Below are positions 59,804 through 64,000 of a DNA stretch of 64,000 nucleotides, one piece after another (the stretch's first letter is position 1; every line of letters begins with the position of its first letter). The stretch lies in IMG/VR virus record IMGVR_UViG_3300029822_000005; one strand, written 5' to 3'. Under the pieces are notes generated by a model. It was given only the letters and a program-made list of their open reading frames with translations, ran no database searches and was not told the origin of the DNA. Made by a program: the position numbers and the translations under genes. The stretch comes from a virus.

Positions 59804-60223
59804 ATGTTTAATGGAGAATTGGTTAGAAAGGCACACAGATTAACAAAAGAAATAAAGGCAGAATTTCCAGAAGCAGATTACAGCTTTCAGTTTGGAATCT
59901 GCATGAAATATCTCCTTTCTGAAAAGGAGGTTAAAAATATTATGGTTGAACTAAAAGGGAGTCCTAAACAAGTTGCATGGGCAGAGAAAATCAGGGTAGA
60001 GAAATTAGAAAAACTTCAAAAAGGGTTGGAATTCTTCACAAAGCAAGCAGAAAAGCAGACAAGAAAAAGCTCCAGAGCTGCAATGGTATTAGAAGGGTTC
60101 GCAAGAACTATAGAAATACTAGAAAATGCAGAAGATGCAGCGACGTGGATAGACCTCAGATGGAATAGTTTTACACCAGTGGGAAACAAATTGGCAGAAG
60201 AAACAAAAAGATTTTTAGGATAG
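59804..60223 (+). CDS. Cassette B cargo: shared 46-aa leader plus LKGSPKQVAWAEKIR-motif protein (second in-frame start 59942)
   Basis: Leader homologous to 55795 ORF; internal AAGGAGG SD. Confidence 0.7.
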   Translation: MFNGELVRKAHRLTKEIKAEFPEADYSFQFGICMKYLLSEKEVKNIMVELKGSPKQVAWAEKIRVEKLEKLQKGLEFFTKQAEKQTRKSSRAAMVLEGFARTIEILENAEDAATWIDLRWNSFTPVGNKLAEETKRFLG

Positions 60224-60259
60224 TGTTGAACCGCCTAATAAATTTTAGGAGGAATTTAA

Positions 60260-60736
60260 ATGAAAAAATATAAGATAGAATTTACAGAAGACGAAATATT
60301 TTACCTTAATTTAATATTTGAATATGCGTATAGAGATATTAAAAAGACAATAGAAGAATATGAGAAAAGGACAATGTCAAAAAATCTCCGTAAAGAAGTT
60401 AAAGACATTGCACAGAGAATGATCAACGTATGTAAAGACCAAAAGAAAAGTTTCAACCCTCTATACCAAAGGATTGAAAAAGTAAAAAACAGTATTCTTT
60501 ATGACCAACTACTAGAAGAAGAGGCAAAAGAAGAATTAAAACTTTCCGAGGTGAAAAAACTTGCAGATGTGGCAAAAGAAACCGAAATACCTAAGAGAAC
60601 ATTGCAACAAAGGTTAGATTTGCCAGGGTTTGGCCTTGTTGAAGGAAAAGATTTTATTAGGAGCGGGAAAAGACAACCAACCTTTTTAACCCCAGAGGGA
60701 GTAAAGAAAATAATAAGAAAAGAAGGTTCAAAATAA
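60260..60736 (+). CDS. Unknown N-terminal domain plus C-terminal HTH
   Basis: KLADVAKETEIPKRTLQQRLDLPGFGLVEGKDF...RQPTFL. Confidence 0.75.
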   Translation: MKKYKIEFTEDEIFYLNLIFEYAYRDIKKTIEEYEKRTMSKNLRKEVKDIAQRMINVCKDQKKSFNPLYQRIEKVKNSILYDQLLEEEAKEELKLSEVKKLADVAKETEIPKRTLQQRLDLPGFGLVEGKDFIRSGKRQPTFLTPEGVKKIIRKEGSK

Positions 60737-61060
60737 TAGGGTTAAGTTTTAGAAAATCATTTAAACTATATTAACAGAGGAATTAAAAGAAGAAATACTT
60801 ACTACAATGAATGATTTTATGGGGAAAAATAAAGTGGGAGGATATTGCAGAGGGAAGAGGCATAGGAATAGAAGGTTTGATTTGCTTCATGATTGATGTA
60901 GAAGAAGATGGAACTTTGCGGATTGATACGGATGTGGATGATTAAAGAGTGCAATTAAGCACTCTTTTTATTGTGTAGGCATTGCATACTTTCTGCATAC
61001 TTTCTGGTTTTAATTTACAATAATAGTAATTAAAACTATGGTGTCAGGAGGTAATAATAT

Positions 61061-61969
61061 ATGGCACAATCCAATAAAGACTTAGCAAGAATTGATTACC
61101 TTCATGGTATGAAATATAAAGAATTAGCAGAGAAGTATGGAGTTACTTTATCTACTGTTAAATCGTGGAAAACACGTTATAAATGGGAAAGAAAAAGTCT
61201 GCAAAAAGATAAAAAAACGCATACAAAACCTAAAAGAAGTACGCATACCAATAAAAGTACGCAAGCGATAGAAGAATCAAACAAAAAAGTTGAAGAAAAA
61301 ATAAATAGAGATTTAGAAAGATCGATAGATAAATTATTAATAAACGACCAATTGAACGATAAACAAAAGTTATTCTGTATGTATTATATAAAAAGATTTA
61401 ACGCAACTAAGGCATATCAACAGGCTTATAACTGTACTTATGAGACAGCGGTAGTAAATGGGCCACGTTTGCTTGGTGTTGCTAGGATAAGGACTGAAAT
61501 AGAGCGATTAAAGGCCGATAAATTCAAAGGAGCCATGCTTTCAGCTAAGGATTGGCTTCAAAAATACATAGATATAGCGCTAGCAGATGTCAATGATTAT
61601 ATGAAATATGGACATGAAAAAATACCGATGGTAGATAAGGAAACAGGTGAACAGAGACTAGACGAAAACGGCAAGCCTATGTACTGGATTAATAACTATG
61701 TTATATTAAATGATTCTTCAAAGGTAGACGGAACACTTATAACAGAAATAAGCCAGGGCAAGGATGGTATTAAGGTAAAACTATTAGATAAAAAGTTTGC
61801 ACTTGAATTTTTAAGAAAGTGCAGCGGATTATTAGATGTTGAAACTAAACAAAAACTTGATATTGAACGTAGAAAAATGGAACTTGCGGAAAAAAACGCT
61901 GATACTCTGGATGATGATATAGAATACGCTGTAGAAGGTGGCACTGATGAAGATAAAGAAAAGGATTAG
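61061..61969 (+). CDS. terS: Terminase small subunit
   Basis: N-terminal HTH ([22 protein letters not shown]), [39 protein letters not shown]. Confidence 0.9.
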   Translation: MAQSNKDLARIDYLHGMKYKELAEKYGVTLSTVKSWKTRYKWERKSLQKDKKTHTKPKRSTHTNKSTQAIEESNKKVEEKINRDLERSIDKLLINDQLNDKQKLFCMYYIKRFNATKAYQQAYNCTYETAVVNGPRLLGVARIRTEIERLKADKFKGAMLSAKDWLQKYIDIALADVNDYMKYGHEKIPMVDKETGEQRLDENGKPMYWINNYVILNDSSKVDGTLITEISQGKDGIKVKLLDKKFALEFLRKCSGLLDVETKQKLDIERRKMELAEKNADTLDDDIEYAVEGGTDEDKEKD

Positions 61970-63476
61970 GCTGCAGCGGCCATACGTAAATGAAAAATAT
62001 AGATTCATGTTTAAACCCGGGTATATCCCTAAAAAATACAATGTATTCTATGGCGGAACAGGCTCCAGTAAATCATTTACACTGTATAGCAAATTTATAG
62101 AGATGTGTGTTACCCATAAAACTTTTGATATTCTGATAGTCCGTAAAGTAGCCTCAACTTTATATGATACAGTACAAAAACCACTTGTAGATATTATGAC
62201 TAAGAACTTTAGAAATAAGTTGAGTGGCAATGGATTAAGAGAGGGGAGGGATTTCACATACAATAGGACTCTTAAACATATTCAATTTAGTAGTGGTTCT
62301 GTAATAAGGTTTAAGGGCTATGATGATCCAGAAAAATTAAAAGGTATTGGTAATGTAAATGTTCTTCATTTGGAAGAAGCAACCGATTTTACAAAAGAAG
62401 ATTTAGAAGATATACAGGATAGATTAAGAAGCACCCCACCAGATAGCCATCCTTGGGGCAAAGAACTTAAAGTATTTTTATCTTTCAACCCTATTTTTAA
62501 AACCCATTGGATAAGAGAGTACTTTTTTAAAGATGAAATAGATATGTCCGAGGAAATATGGAAAGATTTTGTTAAAGATTCCGATACAACCTTTGCTTTA
62601 AAGACTACATGGAGAGACAATAAGTTTTATAATGGACAATATCTTAATAAAAAATTAAGAGAAAATATGAAATTACACAATAAACGTAAATATGGAGTTC
62701 AATGTAATGGCAACTGGGGCGTACTTGGAGAACTTATATATGAAAATTGGGAAATTATTAAGTGCATTAAAGATTTAAACTATTATGATAGTGTAAGCTA
62801 TGGGCTAGATTTTGGGTTTGAACATAATACATCATTTCATGAGATAGGTAGCAAAGATGGTGATATTTACATTACTAGAGAATTATATAAACCTAAGCTC
62901 ACTGTAAATGATATTATAAAGAAACTTAAAAGAATGTTCCCTTATATAAAGGAAGAAGTAGAAAAGCTAAAAGAAAACATAGATAAAAATAGCGATATAT
63001 CTCCCAAAATGCAATTATTTTATATGTTGAAAGAAAAATATATATCTGTAGACTTAGACATATTTAAACAAAAAGAAGTAACGGAAAGAGACATAAATTT
63101 AGATTATATTATAGATGAAATACAAAAACATATTGGAATACCATATTGTGAACTACCAATATATGCAGATAATTCAAGACCAGAAGCGATTGAAGAAATG
63201 AAAAGAGCGGGATTTTCAGGTATAAGAGCGTGTACGAAAGGTCCTAATAGTGTATTGGAGGGTATTGACTGGTTACAAGATAGATATATGTATATAGATG
63301 AAAGCTGTACAGGTGCAAGTAATGAAATTGAATCATATCAGTGGGAAAAAGATAAAAAAACAGGGGTAAGATTACCTAAACCTGTTAAAGTTAACGATGA
63401 TGCAATGGACGATATTCGATATGGATGTCAAAAATTCAGAAACCCAAGTAAGTTTAGGTTAACCATTTTAGGATAA
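61947..63476 (+). CDS. terL: Terminase large subunit (PBSX-like)
   Basis: Walker [10 protein letters not shown], Walker [36 protein letters not shown]. Confidence 0.93.
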   Translation: MKIKKRIRLQRPYVNEKYRFMFKPGYIPKKYNVFYGGTGSSKSFTLYSKFIEMCVTHKTFDILIVRKVASTLYDTVQKPLVDIMTKNFRNKLSGNGLREGRDFTYNRTLKHIQFSSGSVIRFKGYDDPEKLKGIGNVNVLHLEEATDFTKEDLEDIQDRLRSTPPDSHPWGKELKVFLSFNPIFKTHWIREYFFKDEIDMSEEIWKDFVKDSDTTFALKTTWRDNKFYNGQYLNKKLRENMKLHNKRKYGVQCNGNWGVLGELIYENWEIIKCIKDLNYYDSVSYGLDFGFEHNTSFHEIGSKDGDIYITRELYKPKLTVNDIIKKLKRMFPYIKEEVEKLKENIDKNSDISPKMQLFYMLKEKYISVDLDIFKQKEVTERDINLDYIIDEIQKHIGIPYCELPIYADNSRPEAIEEMKRAGFSGIRACTKGPNSVLEGIDWLQDRYMYIDESCTGASNEIESYQWEKDKKTGVRLPKPVKVNDDAMDDIRYGCQKFRNPSKFRLTILG

Positions 63477-63504
63477 GATCGTTAAAGATCGGTTTAGCGA
63501 TCTT
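63475..63504 (+). terminator. Hairpin immediately after terL
   Basis: AAGATCGTTAAA-loop-TTTAGCGATCTT. Confidence 0.5.
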
Positions 63505-63756
63505 ATATTACATGAATAATAGTGCGTTTATTGTTTTGATTATTCGTAAATTTTCATCCAAAATGATTTTTGCTGTATATGGAGATAAACATATTTTCTT
63601 TAGAATTGTGTAAAATTACGAACATTAAAGAATATTATTTACTATATATGATACGACTTAAATTTTATAAAGCTACGATATACTTAGCGTATAGCATAAA
63701 ACATATATAAGCGCGTGTAATTTATTATACAGTTTAAAATATTTTGTGCATTATAC

Positions 63757-63784
63757 TTGACAATATTCTTAAATGGTGTATAAT
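63757..63784 (+). promoter_or_regulatory. Sigma-A-like promoter
   Basis: TTGACA 63757-62, 16-nt spacer, TATAAT 63779-84. Confidence 0.6.
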
Positions 63785-64000
63785 ATAAAGTGTTGACAAG
63801 ATATTTTATTTAGTAGTAATTAAAAGTAAATAAACCTAAGACAAGAGGGTGGTTAAAAGAAGTGTGGATAAATCTTTAATAGAACAAAAATATAAATAAT
63901 TAAGCAGCAAGAGCGACAAAGTTTATGTAGAAACAGAAGATGGTTGGCTTTCAATCTTCAAATCATTTGTGTAGGTGTGACTAGAGCCTGGAATCTAGTC

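Noticed and set aside
55790-59815. Mini upstream ORFs starting at the ATG inside the GGRGATATGAA leaders
   Set aside because: ATG is only 2-3 nt from the SD, too close for efficient initiation, and the peptides are not conserved.
1524-62620. Many minus-strand ORFs in the track overlapping plus-strand genes (e.g. 5265, 19213, 20212, 39940, 61696)
   Set aside because: Antisense shadows of real genes with no SD and no domains.
63864-63974. Short ORF interrupted by TAA (possible readthrough or pseudogene)
   Set aside because: Only 36 codons, weak SD spacing, no recognisable homology.
1-64000. CRISPR array, tRNA or rRNA genes
   Set aside because: No regularly spaced repeat-spacer units, cloverleaf-like sequences or rRNA-like segments found by eye; a very short array could have been missed.

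Overview
The whole window is phage DNA from an AT-rich, temperate, contractile-tailed phage. A Clostridium-type host is inferred from composition, SpoIIID/SigF-like genes and a Tad1 homolog; no host chromosomal genes are visible. Gene order is: accessory island ending in tad1 (1-4.8 kb); HK97-type head, neck and myovirus tail genes (4.9-31.3 kb), interrupted by an IscB/omegaRNA element (10.2-11.7 kb) and a 5-kb regulatory insertion carrying a SigF/G-like sigma fusion (13.8-18.8 kb); lysis (31.4-33.8 kb); serine integrase and repressor switch (33.9-36.4 kb); recombination, replication and many small early genes including spoIIID (36.4-55.6 kb); an array of apparently self-regulated accessory cassettes (55.7-60.7 kb); terminase (61.1-63.5 kb). 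No portal gene is in the window, and lysis genes run directly into the integrase, so this looks like an unintegrated or circular genome longer than 64 kb. The best candidate for an undescribed system is the 55.7-60.7 kb array: five sigma-A promoters with 17-bp spacers, four of them on a shared promoter layout, carry palindromic operators in the spacer, and each operator type is linked to its own small DNA-binding protein and to small unknown cargo genes (acr-aca-like logic). Two cassettes also share a leader that can pair with its own ribosome-binding site. All function calls come from motif recognition by eye; no database searches were run.
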